Part shown: positions 27,867 through 38,057 of the stretch, one piece after another
Position numbering within the stretch: position 1 is the stretch's first letter
Layout: every line of letters starts with the position of its first letter
DNA from: an uncultured Bacilli bacterium
GTDB taxonomy: Bacteria; Bacillota_I; Bacilli_A; RF39; UBA660
Reading direction: 5' to 3'
DNA length: 52,219 nt
NCBI GenBank assembly: GCA_944332535.1
Contig: CALVKE010000025.1
Span: forward strand, 1-52,219
Translations under genes and position numbers: made by a program
Notes under the pieces: generated by a model
Seen by the model: the letters and a program-made list of their open reading frames with translations, nothing else
The model's database searches: none
What the model was told of the DNA's origin: nothing

Positions 27867-29222
27867 TTATTTTCCTAAACAAAATTGAGAAAATAATTGG
27901 TCAATTAACTCTTCACTATAGGTTTCTCCTATCATTTCTCCTAGTTTTTCCCAACTACGTTTAATATCTATTTCTAATAAATCAACTGGTATTTCAGAAG
28001 AGCAAGACTTCTCTACTTCTTTTAATCCTTCTAGGGCTTCTTTGGCAAGAGATATTTGTCTTGCACTGGATAAATAAGTATAATCGTTATTTTTTAACTC
28101 ATTTAAGTGAAATTTTTCTATTATTTTTTCTTCGAGGGCGCGAATTCCTTCCCACTCTACTGTATTCGTAAAAACACGATCCTTAGCAGGAATGGCATCT
28201 AAGTTAATCTTGGTTGGTAAATCGCTCTTATTAATAACATAGATAACTGTTTTGTTAGCGACTTCTTTTAATATTTGTTCATCTTCTATCGTAAGAGGCT
28301 CATTATTATTTAATACCACTAAAATAAGTGTAGCATCTTCGATCAAATGAAGACTTTTCTCTACTCCAATTTTTTCCACCACATCTTCGGTTTCTCGAAT
28401 TCCAGCGGTATCAATGATATGAAGTGTTACTCCGCCGATGTTTACTTTTCCTTCGACCATGTCACGAGTGGTTCCTTCTATATCCGTAACAATTGCTTTT
28501 TCTTCTTTTAATAGTTTGTTTAAAATACTACTTTTTCCGACATTGGGGCGACCGATAATTGCCGTTTTAATTCCTGTTGTTAGAATTTGACCATTTTCCG
28601 ATTTTTCTACTAAATCGCTTAATTCTTGAATAATTTGTCGTACTGTTGGTAAAATATTTTGATTCGTCATCTCTTGTGCATCTTCGTATTCTGGGTAGTC
28701 AATATTTACTTCGATACTCGCGAGCAACTCTAAAATTCTTTGACGAAGAACATGAATTTTTTGACTTAAATAACCATCTAGTCCTTTCATAGCAACACGC
28801 ATGGCACTTTCATTTTCCGCTTCGATCACATTCATGATAGATTCTGCTTCTACTAAGTCAATTCGTCCATTTAAAAAAGCTCTTTTCGTAAATTCCCCTG
28901 GTTCGGCGAGACGGCATCCAATACGAAGTAAAACTTCTAATATTTTATTCGTCGTGGCAATTCCTCCATGACAATTAATCTCCACAACATCTTCCATGGT
29001 AAACGTTTTAGGAGAGTGCATCACACTTACTAATACTTCATCGATGACTTCATCTTGATATACAATGTGTCCATAGGTTATCGTATGACTTTCTTTTTTG
29101 GTTAAATCTGCTCCTTTAAAAATGGAATTCACATAATTAATGGCGTCTTCTCCACTCACGCGAACAATGGAAATTGCCCCTACTCCTAATGCAGTAGATA
29201 TTGCAGCAATGGTATCTTTCAT
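27867..29222 (-). CDS. mnmE: tRNA modification GTPase MnmE (TrmE)
   Basis: 451-aa ORF with GRPNVGKSS and DTAGIR motifs and the C-terminal CLGK. Confidence 0.96.
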   Translation of the reverse strand: MKDTIAAISTALGVGAISIVRVSGEDAINYVNSIFKGADLTKKESHTITYGHIVYQDEVIDEVLVSVMHSPKTFTMEDVVEINCHGGIATTNKILEVLLRIGCRLAEPGEFTKRAFLNGRIDLVEAESIMNVIEAENESAMRVAMKGLDGYLSQKIHVLRQRILELLASIEVNIDYPEYEDAQEMTNQNILPTVRQIIQELSDLVEKSENGQILTTGIKTAIIGRPNVGKSSILNKLLKEEKAIVTDIEGTTRDMVEGKVNIGGVTLHIIDTAGIRETEDVVEKIGVEKSLHLIEDATLILVVLNNNEPLTIEDEQILKEVANKTVIYVINKSDLPTKINLDAIPAKDRVFTNTVEWEGIRALEEKIIEKFHLNELKNNDYTYLSSARQISLAKEALEGLKEVEKSCSSEIPVDLLEIDIKRSWEKLGEMIGETYSEELIDQLFSQFCLGK

Positions 29223-29287
29223 CGTTCCACCCCTTTCTTACTTGCGAGGTTATTATAGCATAAAATAAAAAATAAAAAAAGAGAAAA

Positions 29288-29896
29288 TTAATCTTCTCTT
29301 GGTTTGATTACAATATAACGATTTGGTTCTTCTCCTCGGCTTTCCGTCGTAACATACTTATGACTTGATAATTCATTATGAATCAATCTTCTTTCATACG
29401 AATTCATCGGATCCAATTTTGCTTCGATTTTCGTTTTTCCTACTTCTTTCGCAATCTTCTTGGCAAGACGAACCAATTGTTCTTGCTTTTTCTCTTTATA
29501 ATCATTGACATCAATCGTCATTTTATAAGGTTGCCCTATTTCTGTTTGAACAGCTTGTCTTACAATATTGTTTAAAGCTTCCATGTTGCGACCGTTCTTT
29601 CCAATTAATAATGCATTATTATCGGCATAAATCTGAAATTGAACAGAGTCTTCTCTTTTTCTCACTTCTAATTTTACATGAAATCCAATATTTTTCGTTA
29701 ATTCTAAAATATATTCTTTTATAAACTCCGCAATTTCATCTTTTCGAATCACTTCTATTGTTACCTTTTTGGAAAAAAGCCCACTTTTCTCTTCTTTTTT
29801 GTGAATGATCAAATTTTCTTCTAACTCTTGAAGACCAATTTTCGCATTTTGAATGGCTTCTTCGTAGGTTTTTCCACTATACTCGTACTTTTTCAC
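29288..29896 (-). CDS. jag: KH/R3H RNA-binding protein Jag (KhpB)
   Basis: 202-aa ORF with Jag_N, KH and R3H (YERRLIH) regions; follows yidC. Confidence 0.9.
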   Translation of the reverse strand: MKKYEYSGKTYEEAIQNAKIGLQELEENLIIHKKEEKSGLFSKKVTIEVIRKDEIAEFIKEYILELTKNIGFHVKLEVRKREDSVQFQIYADNNALLIGKNGRNMEALNNIVRQAVQTEIGQPYKMTIDVNDYKEKKQEQLVRLAKKIAKEVGKTKIEAKLDPMNSYERRLIHNELSSHKYVTTESRGEEPNRYIVIKPRED

Positions 29897-30818
29897 GTTC
29901 CTTACTCCTTTTTACGATTAAATTTTGAATTACGGTAAACATATTGGTCGTTACCCAGTAAATACAAAGAGCTGTTGGCATAAAGAACGCCATTACAATA
30001 ATCATTACCGTCATCATCGTCGTCATATTTTTCATTGGATCGTTTCCGGCAGAAGATGTCGTCTTATTGAGTGAAAAAGAAAAATAAGTAGTAAGTCCGA
30101 CCAAAATGATCAATAAAATATACCAGAAATTATGATGGGTAAACATTCCAACCCATGGAGTGGTCCCCATTTGTAGTGTTAAGAAAGTTTCTTCGAACAA
30201 TGCTGGAACTCGATTAATTGCTTCTAAAAAAGCAATGAACAAAGGCAATTGAATAAATCCATAAACACATCCAGATACTGGATTAATATTATATTTTTTA
30301 TAGATCATTGTCATCTCTTGACTTTTTCGAATCATTGATTCTTGATCCGTTTTATCCTTGTATTTTTTCTCAAGTCGCTCTAATTCTGGTTGCGCTTGTT
30401 TTAATAACTCGGATTGCATAGCTGTTTTTCTCGTAATAGGATAAGCAATTAAACGAATAATTAAACTTGTGATGATTAACGCGAGCGCTGCGCTATCGAC
30501 ATAACGAGAAATAAATAAAATAACCCAAGCAAGTGGCTTTACAAAAATACTTGTCCAAAGTCCATCGTATCCTCCACTCGTAATTTTAAACTCTTCGCAC
30601 TTTGGTAGTGATTCAATATCTACTCCATTTTCTTTATATTTTTCAATCGTTGCTTCATTCGTTGGCTGACATAATATATTTTCGGTTAAACTCTGACCCG
30701 TTTCCGGATTCGTTACAACCTTTTTATCCTCTCCCTTTAATGTTTTGGTACATCCTGTTGTTAAAACTAATACTAAAAATAAACTAATGATTAGTTTTCG
30801 TCGATTTTCTTTTTTCAT
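29877..30818 (-). CDS. yidC: Membrane protein insertase YidC/SpoIIIJ (lipoprotein form)
   Basis: 313-aa ORF with a lipobox (LTTGC) and the YidC 60-kDa-IMP core; rnpA-yidC-jag synteny. Confidence 0.93.
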   Translation of the reverse strand: MKKENRRKLIISLFLVLVLTTGCTKTLKGEDKKVVTNPETGQSLTENILCQPTNEATIEKYKENGVDIESLPKCEEFKITSGGYDGLWTSIFVKPLAWVILFISRYVDSAALALIITSLIIRLIAYPITRKTAMQSELLKQAQPELERLEKKYKDKTDQESMIRKSQEMTMIYKKYNINPVSGCVYGFIQLPLFIAFLEAINRVPALFEETFLTLQMGTTPWVGMFTHHNFWYILLIILVGLTTYFSFSLNKTTSSAGNDPMKNMTTMMTVMIIVMAFFMPTALCIYWVTTNMFTVIQNLIVKRSKEREKVRV

Positions 30819-30832
30819 GTATTCTTCCTTTC

Positions 30833-31165
30833 TTACTTGTGATTTAGTTTTTGGAAGAGTCTAGAGTAACTTTCTTCCATTTCTTGAAATGTTATATTTA
30901 AACAATTCTTTCTTACTATTATAATATAATCCTGGCTTTTTGAATAGGAGTTTTTGTTATTATCTACAATATTTCGAATTTGACGTTTCAATTTATTGCG
31001 AATATGAGCCTTTCCTATTTTGGTTCCAACACTTACTCCAAATCTTGCTTTCGACAAGTTATTAGGCATCGTATAAATCACAAGATTCTTGTCTTTTACA
31101 TAGGATCCTTGTTGAATTAATCGATGAAAATCATCGTTTCTTTTTACTATATTCTCTTTTTTCAT
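30833..31165 (-). CDS. rnpA: Ribonuclease P protein component
   Basis: 110-aa basic ORF with an RNR-like motif (KAHIRNKLKRQIR); downstream of rpmH. Confidence 0.92.
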   Translation of the reverse strand: MKKENIVKRNDDFHRLIQQGSYVKDKNLVIYTMPNNLSKARFGVSVGTKIGKAHIRNKLKRQIRNIVDNNKNSYSKSQDYIIIVRKNCLNITFQEMEESYSRLFQKLNHK

Positions 31166-31223
31166 GACGCATTCCTACTTTCTTTCGACAAACAAAAAAG
31201 CACTGTTAAAAACACAGTGAACT

Positions 31224-31346
31224 TTATTTGCTTAATCTTTTACGTCCTTTTGCTCTTCTTTTATTGATTACATTAGTTTTCATTCTAGCAAAAAATCCGT
31301 GTTTCTTCTTCATTTTACGGTTATTTGGCTGATAAGTTCTTTTCAT
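31224..31346 (-). CDS. rpmH: 50S ribosomal protein L34 (40 aa, not in ORF track)
   Basis: Own translation: [58 protein letters not shown] upstream; a hairpin plus T-run terminator lies at about 31189-31220. Confidence 0.93.
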   Translation of the reverse strand: MKRTYQPNNRKMKKKHGFFARMKTNVINKRRAKGRKRLSK

Positions 31347-31471
31347 CCTCTTTCCACCTCCAGACATAAATCTACACTATTATAATCGTAAAAATTCCGT
31401 TTTGTCAATTAAATTTTCGTTTTTTTCCGGTTTTCCCAGAAATTTTTCTATTTTTCGACAAATCATGACAT

Positions 31472-31649
31472 TTTTCCACAAATTCCACAGGGGTGTGAAT
31501 TCTTTTTTTCACTATGTGTATAATTTTTTCCGCAGTATTGTGGATAACTTGCGTTTCCTCTTTTATAATAAGGAAGTAATTTGTGGATAAAATTGTGGAT
31601 ATCCTGTGGATATTATTTTTTTTCAAATTTAGGACTTCCTTTTTCCACA
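31472..31649. other. oriC, upstream DnaA-box cluster (rpmH-dnaA intergenic)
   Basis: Perfect TGTGGATAA at 31539-31547 and 31582-31590; TGTGGATAT at 31594-31602 and 31605-31613; TTTTCCACA at 31472-31480 and 31641-31649; AATTCCACA at 31481-31489. Confidence 0.88.
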
Positions 31650-31705
31650 GTTTTAAGTTACAATAAGAAGCAGTCGAATATAAAAAACGAGGGGGAGGAG
31701 TGAAG

Positions 31706-33052
31706 ATGAATGAAAAAATTATCTGGTCTAATTTTTTAAATCTCATCAAGAATGAAGTTACATCTTTATCTTTCGAAACCTGGTTTAAAGATACAGAGCT
31801 TCACGAAATCAAAGAGAATAGGGCAGTAATCGTTGTACCGATGCCCATTCACAAAAAGCATCTATCAGATAAATACATGGATTTAATTAAAGAAACCTTA
31901 AAAAGCATTGATGGCGTCGATTATGAAATTTCCTTTTTATTAAAAGATGAATTAATGCAAGAAGAGAAGAAAGACTTGGCACCTCCAATGGAACCAGTAC
32001 ACTTCTCCTCTAATTTAAAAAGTAACTACACGTTTGATACATTTATTGTAGGAAATAGTAACAAGTTTGCTCATGCGGCGGCCTTATCCGTTGCCGAAAA
32101 TCCTGGTAGAATGTACAATCCACTTTTTATTTATGGAAATAGTGGACTAGGAAAAACGCATTTAATGCACGCAATTGGAAACCATATTGTCAAAACAAGT
32201 AATAAAAAAGTACTATATGTTACAAGTGAACAGTTTATTTCCGACTTTTTAGGAATTAACAAAAAAGATGAGTTTGGAAATAACTTTAATTATGTGGAAT
32301 ACTTTAAAAATAAATATCGAACAGTTGATGTCTTAATTATTGATGATATCCAATTTTTAGGAGGGGCAACCCAAACACAACAAGAATTTTTTCATACGTT
32401 TAATACTTTATATAGTGATAATAAACAAATTATTATTTCATCCGATCGTTCCCCAGATGATTTGAAATTATTAGAGGATCGACTTCGGACTAGGTTTTGT
32501 TGGGGTCTTACCGTGGATATTTTTCCACCAGATTTTGAACTGCGGATTGCTATTTTAAAGAAAAAGATAGTAGGGGGAGCAGTGGAAAAAAATATACCAG
32601 AAGATGTCATTGAATACATTGCATCCAATATGGGAAGCGATGTTAGACAACTAGAAGGTTCCATTACCCGGCTACTTGCTTATTCTACCATTATGGGTGG
32701 AAGCGAAATTACCTTGGATCTTGCCATTGAAGCTTTAAAAGATTACGTAAATAAAGGAATTAGTGAAAAAGATAATCTTCATAAGATTCAAAAAGTAGTA
32801 GCCGAATTTTTCCAAGTAACCGTAGAAGATTTAAAAAGTAAGAAAAGAAGTTCTAATTTGACTTTTCCGAGACAAGTCGCAATGTATTTGTGTAGAACGT
32901 TAACGGGAGAATCCTTTCCTAAAATAGGAACAGAATTTGGTGGAAAAGATCATTCTACAGTAATGCATTCTTGTGATAAAATTGAAAGAGAGATCAAATC
33001 TAATAAAGAACTTGCAAATATTGTCGAAAAAATAAAGAGTAATATCACTTGA
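31706..33052 (+). CDS. dnaA: Chromosomal replication initiator DnaA
   Basis: AAA+ motifs (GNSGLGKTHL, IDDIQF) and the domain IV DnaA signature; the ATG at 31706 lies 7 nt after GGAGG (the ORF-track GTG at 31700 is less likely). Confidence 0.97.
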   Translation: MNEKIIWSNFLNLIKNEVTSLSFETWFKDTELHEIKENRAVIVVPMPIHKKHLSDKYMDLIKETLKSIDGVDYEISFLLKDELMQEEKKDLAPPMEPVHFSSNLKSNYTFDTFIVGNSNKFAHAAALSVAENPGRMYNPLFIYGNSGLGKTHLMHAIGNHIVKTSNKKVLYVTSEQFISDFLGINKKDEFGNNFNYVEYFKNKYRTVDVLIIDDIQFLGGATQTQQEFFHTFNTLYSDNKQIIISSDRSPDDLKLLEDRLRTRFCWGLTVDIFPPDFELRIAILKKKIVGGAVEKNIPEDVIEYIASNMGSDVRQLEGSITRLLAYSTIMGGSEITLDLAIEALKDYVNKGISEKDNLHKIQKVVAEFFQVTVEDLKSKKRSSNLTFPRQVAMYLCRTLTGESFPKIGTEFGGKDHSTVMHSCDKIEREIKSNKELANIVEKIKSNIT

Positions 33053-33053
33053 T

Positions 33054-33195
33054 TGTGGAAAAAGAAGAAATTATCCACAGGTTTTCCACAGGAAAAAGAA
33101 GAACGAAAGCTATATAAAATCAAAGAAAAAATAACTTTTCCACAGTTTCCACAGTAAAAATAATAAAATTATTATAAATAAAGAAAAGAAAGAAG
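33054..33195. other. oriC, downstream DnaA-box cluster plus AT-rich candidate unwinding region (dnaA-dnaN intergenic)
   Basis: Boxes TGTGGAAAA 33054-33062, TTATCCACA 33071-33079, TTTTCCACA 33082-33090 and 33136-33144, GTTTCCACA 33145-33153; immediately followed by GTAAAAATAATAAAATTATTATAAATAAA. Confidence 0.8.
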
Positions 33196-33203
33196 GAAGT
33201 AAA

Positions 33204-34325
33204 ATGAAATTAAGAATTAAAAAAGACGTATTATTAGAAGGACTTAACAAAGTTTCAAAAGCAATTTCTACTAAAAATTTAGTCCCTGTATTAGCAGGTA
33301 TTAAATTTGACTTAACAGAAAAAGGATTAACTTTAACAGCTAGTGATAACGATATTACTATTCAAACCTTCTTAGAAAAAGAAGAAGCAATGGAAATTGA
33401 AAAAGAAGGAAGTATTATTATTCAAGGAAAATATATCCTAGATATCGTTCGTAAACTTCCAGATGAATATATTAATATCGAAGTAGTAGATGATTTAAAG
33501 ATTTTAATTTACACAGAAAACAGTGAATTTAATTTAAATGGTATTAATAAAAACGAATATCCTAATATTCATTTAGAACTTAGTAAAAATCCAGTAGTAT
33601 TACCTGGTAGAATACTAAGAAATATTGTTTATCAAACATCTTTTGCATCTAGTAATGACGAATCTCGTCCAGTACTTACCGGAATTAACTTTAAAATAAT
33701 GGGTAATATTTTAGAATGTAATTCTACAGATTCTTATCGTTTAGCAAGAAAAATTATTAATTTAGATACTGTGATCGAAGAAAATTATAATATTGTTATT
33801 CCAAGTAGAAATTTAGTAGAATTTACAAAAATCATGAACGATGGGGAAGATACGATCGAACTTCATATTTTTAACAATAAAATCTTATTTAAATATGATA
33901 ATTTATTATTTCAATCTCGGTTAATTAATGGAACTTATCCAAATACTGCGAACTTATTACCAGATGAATTTTTAGTAAAAGTAACTACTAGTATTAATGA
34001 ATTATATAGTGTTATTGATCGAGCTAGTATTTTAACTAGTGATAAAGAGAAAAATATTGTTACTTTAGAAACAGATGGAAATAAGTTAATGATTCGTTCT
34101 AATTCTATTGAAATTGGTAGAGTAGAAGAAAAAATGTATGTGGAAAAAAGTAATGAAGAAAATATTAAAATTAGTTTTGTAGCAAAATATATGATGGAAG
34201 CTTTAAAATCTTTCCCTGGGGATAAAGTAGAACTTTCTTTTGTAGGAGAGATTAAACCAATTATATTAAAATCAGTAGAAGACGAAACTTTAACACAACT
34301 TGTATTACCAATTCGTACTTATTAA
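33204..34325 (+). CDS. dnaN: DNA polymerase III beta sliding clamp
   Basis: 373-aa ORF directly after dnaA; typical clamp N-terminus (MKLRIKKDVLLEGLNKV) and C-terminus (LVLPIRTY). Confidence 0.96.
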   Translation: MKLRIKKDVLLEGLNKVSKAISTKNLVPVLAGIKFDLTEKGLTLTASDNDITIQTFLEKEEAMEIEKEGSIIIQGKYILDIVRKLPDEYINIEVVDDLKILIYTENSEFNLNGINKNEYPNIHLELSKNPVVLPGRILRNIVYQTSFASSNDESRPVLTGINFKIMGNILECNSTDSYRLARKIINLDTVIEENYNIVIPSRNLVEFTKIMNDGEDTIELHIFNNKILFKYDNLLFQSRLINGTYPNTANLLPDEFLVKVTTSINELYSVIDRASILTSDKEKNIVTLETDGNKLMIRSNSIEIGRVEEKMYVEKSNEENIKISFVAKYMMEALKSFPGDKVELSFVGEIKPIILKSVEDETLTQLVLPIRTY

Positions 34326-34347
34326 AAGTGGATTTTCCACTTTTTTT
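34324..34347 (+). terminator. dnaN terminator
   Basis: Hairpin AGTGG-ATTTT-CCACT followed by T7. Confidence 0.55.
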
Positions 34348-34438
34348 GTGCAAAATTTTCTTTTTTCGACAGAAATCGAACAAAATCGACATATCTTTCT
34401 GGTATAATCTATCTCCATCAAAGAAAGAGGGGAGTCTT

Positions 34439-34882
34439 TTGGAATACGTTATTACAGAAGAGACGCTTGCGGTGATTAGCTGTGGATTGAAAGATACTAG
34501 AATTATTGAAAAAGAGAGGGATTTTCATATTTGTTGTTCTTGGAAAAAAATTTTAAATGATAGTTGTCTTTATTACGGAGCTAGTTTTCAAGGGAGATTA
34601 GAGGGTAGTAAATATTTATTAGAAAAGGGATATAAAATTCCTATTGTAGTAAGTGAGGGAAAAGATTTAATTTTTATACCATTAATGAGTGGAGAAGATT
34701 GTCACGGTATTTGGATTTCTTTTCATAATGTTATAAAATATGCTGGTAATCAAGACGAAACAACGGTTTATTTTTCTCATGACAAAAGGATTTGTGTCCC
34801 TGTTAGTAACTATATTTTTGACAGTCAATTTTTAAAAGCTTATAAATTGGAAAGAATGATTCATTTTATCCACAAAAATTAA
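34439..34882 (+). CDS. ComK-family protein (competence transcription factor-like)
   Basis: By eye the region LNDSCLYYGASFQGRLEGSKYLL..KIPIVVSEGKDLIFIPLMS..HGIWISFHNV aligns with B. subtilis ComK (VDRSCRFFGSSYAGRKAGTYEV..KPPIMVDPSNQIFLFPTLS..CGWISHVHV). Likely TTG start at 34439 behind an AAAGAGGGGAG RBS and a TGgTATAAT extended -10 at 34400-34408; the first 37 ORF-track codons span the dnaN terminator. Confidence 0.65.
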   Translation: MEYVITEETLAVISCGLKDTRIIEKERDFHICCSWKKILNDSCLYYGASFQGRLEGSKYLLEKGYKIPIVVSEGKDLIFIPLMSGEDCHGIWISFHNVIKYAGNQDETTVYFSHDKRICVPVSNYIFDSQFLKAYKLERMIHFIHKN

Positions 34883-34997
34883 ATTTAATTGCATTTTTTC
34901 CTATCTATTTTGCCCTTACTGTGCTATAATATATATTTGTATAGGGGTACATTTCTTTTAGAAAAGGTGATTAGATGGTGTTTTTTGGGGGAAAATC

Positions 34998-36113
34998 ATG
35001 ATTTTGACAAAATTAGAATTGATTCACTTTCGGAATTATTCCAAATGTCATGTTTCATTCGGGGAACATATCAACCTTTTCATTGGCAGTAACGGTCAAG
35101 GGAAAACAAATGTATTAGAAGCAATTTATGTTCTTTCTTTAACCAAATCGCATCGTTATGGAGAGCAGGCGACATTAATTCAAAAAGAAAAGGAGCTTTC
35201 TAAAATTAAAGGTACTCTAAAAGTAAATGGAATAGAAAAAGATTTAGAAGTGGATATTGGAAAAACAACGAAAAAAGTCTTTGTTAACCAAACAGAGATT
35301 ACGAAACTTTCTGAATATATTACTAATTTGAACGCTATTTTATTTACTCCAGATGATTTGGATATTGTAAAGGGTAGTCCTCAGGTTCGCAGAAACTTTT
35401 TAAATATTGAGATTAGTCAAATGAATCCTAGTTATACGAAGTGTTTGAATGAGTATAATCGTATTTTAAAAACGAGAAATGAATATTTGAAGAGTATCTA
35501 TATTAATCATTTATCTGATGTTCGCTATTTGGATGTATTAACGGATAAATTGATTGATCGGGCAGTGTTTATTTATCGTTATCGAAAAGATTTTTTGGAC
35601 CGAATCAATCAACATATTCAACCTATTTATAAAGATATTGCAGGGTATGATGGGTTAGAAATACGTTATGAGACTTCTGTTGATTGGGATTGTTATGAGG
35701 AAGAGAAGATTCGTACTTTGCTAAAAGAAAAATTTCTTCAAAATCGACAAAGGGAATTGCAGCAAGGAAATACTTTGTATGGACCGCATCGAGATGATTT
35801 TTCCTTTTATTTGGCAGGGGAGAATATTAAAATTTTTTCTTCGCAAGGATTACAAAGACTCGTGGTAATTGCTTTGAAGTTGGCCGAGATACCTATTTTT
35901 GAAGAATTAACGGGTCATAAACCAATTTTACTTTTGGATGATATCTTTAGTGAGATTGATAGAAAAAAGCGTTCCAAATTGGTCTATTATATTAATCAAG
36001 GGGTACAAACCTTTATTACAACGACTGATTTAAAGAACATAAATAAAAAAATCTTAGACAATAGTAAAGTCTTTGAGGTTTTTTCAGGAAGTATGAAGGA
36101 AAGGAAGAGATAA
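34998..36113 (+). CDS. recF: DNA replication and repair protein RecF
   Basis: 371-aa ORF with Walker [10 protein letters not shown], an SMC-like signature and Walker [12 protein letters not shown]. Confidence 0.95.
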   Translation: MILTKLELIHFRNYSKCHVSFGEHINLFIGSNGQGKTNVLEAIYVLSLTKSHRYGEQATLIQKEKELSKIKGTLKVNGIEKDLEVDIGKTTKKVFVNQTEITKLSEYITNLNAILFTPDDLDIVKGSPQVRRNFLNIEISQMNPSYTKCLNEYNRILKTRNEYLKSIYINHLSDVRYLDVLTDKLIDRAVFIYRYRKDFLDRINQHIQPIYKDIAGYDGLEIRYETSVDWDCYEEEKIRTLLKEKFLQNRQRELQQGNTLYGPHRDDFSFYLAGENIKIFSSQGLQRLVVIALKLAEIPIFEELTGHKPILLLDDIFSEIDRKKRSKLVYYINQGVQTFITTTDLKNINKKILDNSKVFEVFSGSMKERKR

Positions 36114-36114
36114 T

Positions 36115-38046
36115 ATGAATGAAACAGTAGATAAAGTACAAGGGTCTTATGATGCCTCATCCATTCAAGTATTGGAAGGATTAGAAGCTGTTCGCAAAAG
36201 ACCTGGTATGTATATTGGTTCTACTAGTGAAAGAGGTCTTCATCATCTTGTTTGGGAGATTGTAGATAACTCTATTGATGAAGCACTTGCTGGGTATGCA
36301 GATGATATAGAAGTAGTCATCGGAAAAGAAAATACGATTACGGTAAAAGACGATGGTCGTGGAGTTCCGGTTGGAATTCATCCAAAGACTGGAAAAAGTA
36401 CCGTTGAGACTATTTATACCGTTCTTCATGCTGGTGGAAAATTTGGCGGAGGCGGATATAAAGTTTCTGGTGGTTTGCACGGAGTAGGTGCTAGTGTTGT
36501 AAATGCCCTTAGTAGTTGGTTAGAAGTACGCGTTTATAAAGAAGGAAATGTCTATTATCAACGGTTTGAGAACGGTGGACATCCAGTAGGGGACTTGGCG
36601 GTTATTGATCAATGTTCCAAAGATAGAACGGGTACTACGGTAACTTTTAAACCAGATCCAGAAATTTTTACGGAAACGACTATTTTTAGTTATGAAACCC
36701 TTCGCAATCGTTTGCGAGAACTAGCTTTTTTAAATCGCGGATTAAAAATTCATCTTCGCGATGAAAGAGAAGATGATAAGGTAGAGTCTTTTCACTATGA
36801 AGGTGGTATTAGTGAATATGTCGAGATGTTAAACAAGAATAAAAATCCAATTCATGAGACTATTATTGATTGTAACGGAAAAGATCAAGATATTTCTTTA
36901 GAAGTGGCTCTCCAATATAATGAGACCTATAATTCTTGTATTTATTCTTTCGTAAATAATATTAGTACTCCAGAAGGTGGTACTCACGAGGAAGGAGTAC
37001 GTCGGGCTCTTACTAGAATTTTAAATAAATATGCTACTCAAGTTGGTATGCTAAAAGAAAAGGATGAGTCTTTATCTGGAGACGATGTACGTGAAGGAAT
37101 TACAATGATTATTTCTTGTAAGCATCCTAATCCGCAGTTTGAAGGACAGACAAAAACGAAGTTAGGAAATGGAGAAGTACGTGGTATTGCAGATCGTTTA
37201 TTTTCTGAATCATTTGAACGGTTTTTGTTAGAAAATCCAGATCAGGCAAGGGTTATTGTGGAAAAAGCAATGACGGCCTCTCGCGCACGTGTTGCTGCAA
37301 AAAAGGCGAGAGAATTAACACGGAGAAAAGGGGATTTAGACATTACGAACTTTTATGGAAAATTATCAGATTGTAAGAGTAAAGACCCTAGTATTAGTGA
37401 AATCTTTTTGGTCGAGGGAGATTCCGCTGGTGGAAGCGCCGTAAAGGCTCGTGATAGTATGACCCAGGCAATTTTACCTCTTCGTGGAAAGATCTTGAAT
37501 GTAGAAAAAGCAAGACTTGATCGAGCTTTATCGAACGAGGAAATACGTACGATCATTACCGCTTTTGGAACAGGAATTGGAGAAGACTTTGATCTTTCTA
37601 AACTAAGATATAATAAGATTATTATTATGACCGATGCTGATGTGGATGGTTCTCATATTCGTGTTTTATTATTGACTTTATTTTATCGGTTTTTCCGTCC
37701 TATTGTCGAGGCTGGTCATATATATGCGGCTCAGCCTCCACTTTATAGAATTACACATGGTAAAACGAGAAAATACGTTTTAGATGATGCGGAAAGAGAT
37801 GAATATTTGGCAACGCTTGCTCCTAATACAAAGTATGAAATCGCACGAATGAAAGGTTTAGGAGAGATGGATGCAGAAGAGTTAAATGAGACGACAATGG
37901 ACATTAATAAACGTGTATTAAGACAAATTACGATAGATGATACGGTTGCTGCAGATGAAGTATTTTCACAATTAATGGGCGAAGAAGTTGCTCCTCGTCG
38001 TGAATTTATTGAACAGAATGCAAATTATGCAACACTTGATATTTAG
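36115..38046 (+). CDS. gyrB: DNA gyrase subunit B
   Basis: 643-aa ORF with GHKL ATPase, Toprim (EGDSAGG) and PLRGKILNV motifs. Confidence 0.98.
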   Translation: MNETVDKVQGSYDASSIQVLEGLEAVRKRPGMYIGSTSERGLHHLVWEIVDNSIDEALAGYADDIEVVIGKENTITVKDDGRGVPVGIHPKTGKSTVETIYTVLHAGGKFGGGGYKVSGGLHGVGASVVNALSSWLEVRVYKEGNVYYQRFENGGHPVGDLAVIDQCSKDRTGTTVTFKPDPEIFTETTIFSYETLRNRLRELAFLNRGLKIHLRDEREDDKVESFHYEGGISEYVEMLNKNKNPIHETIIDCNGKDQDISLEVALQYNETYNSCIYSFVNNISTPEGGTHEEGVRRALTRILNKYATQVGMLKEKDESLSGDDVREGITMIISCKHPNPQFEGQTKTKLGNGEVRGIADRLFSESFERFLLENPDQARVIVEKAMTASRARVAAKKARELTRRKGDLDITNFYGKLSDCKSKDPSISEIFLVEGDSAGGSAVKARDSMTQAILPLRGKILNVEKARLDRALSNEEIRTIITAFGTGIGEDFDLSKLRYNKIIIMTDADVDGSHIRVLLLTLFYRFFRPIVEAGHIYAAQPPLYRITHGKTRKYVLDDAERDEYLATLAPNTKYEIARMKGLGEMDAEELNETTMDINKRVLRQITIDDTVAADEVFSQLMGEEVAPRREFIEQNANYATLDI

Positions 38047-38057
38047 GAGGTTTGGGG

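Noticed and set aside
31402-31749. ORFs 31402-31590 (+) and 31405-31749 (-) in the rpmH-dnaA intergenic region
   Set aside because: They lie across the DnaA-box cluster of oriC, have no RBS, are low-complexity, and one runs into the dnaA start. They are chance ORFs.
34889-35092. 67-aa ORF overlapping the recF start
   Set aside because: It is out of frame with recF, has no RBS and matches no recognisable family. The recF start at 34998 is well supported.
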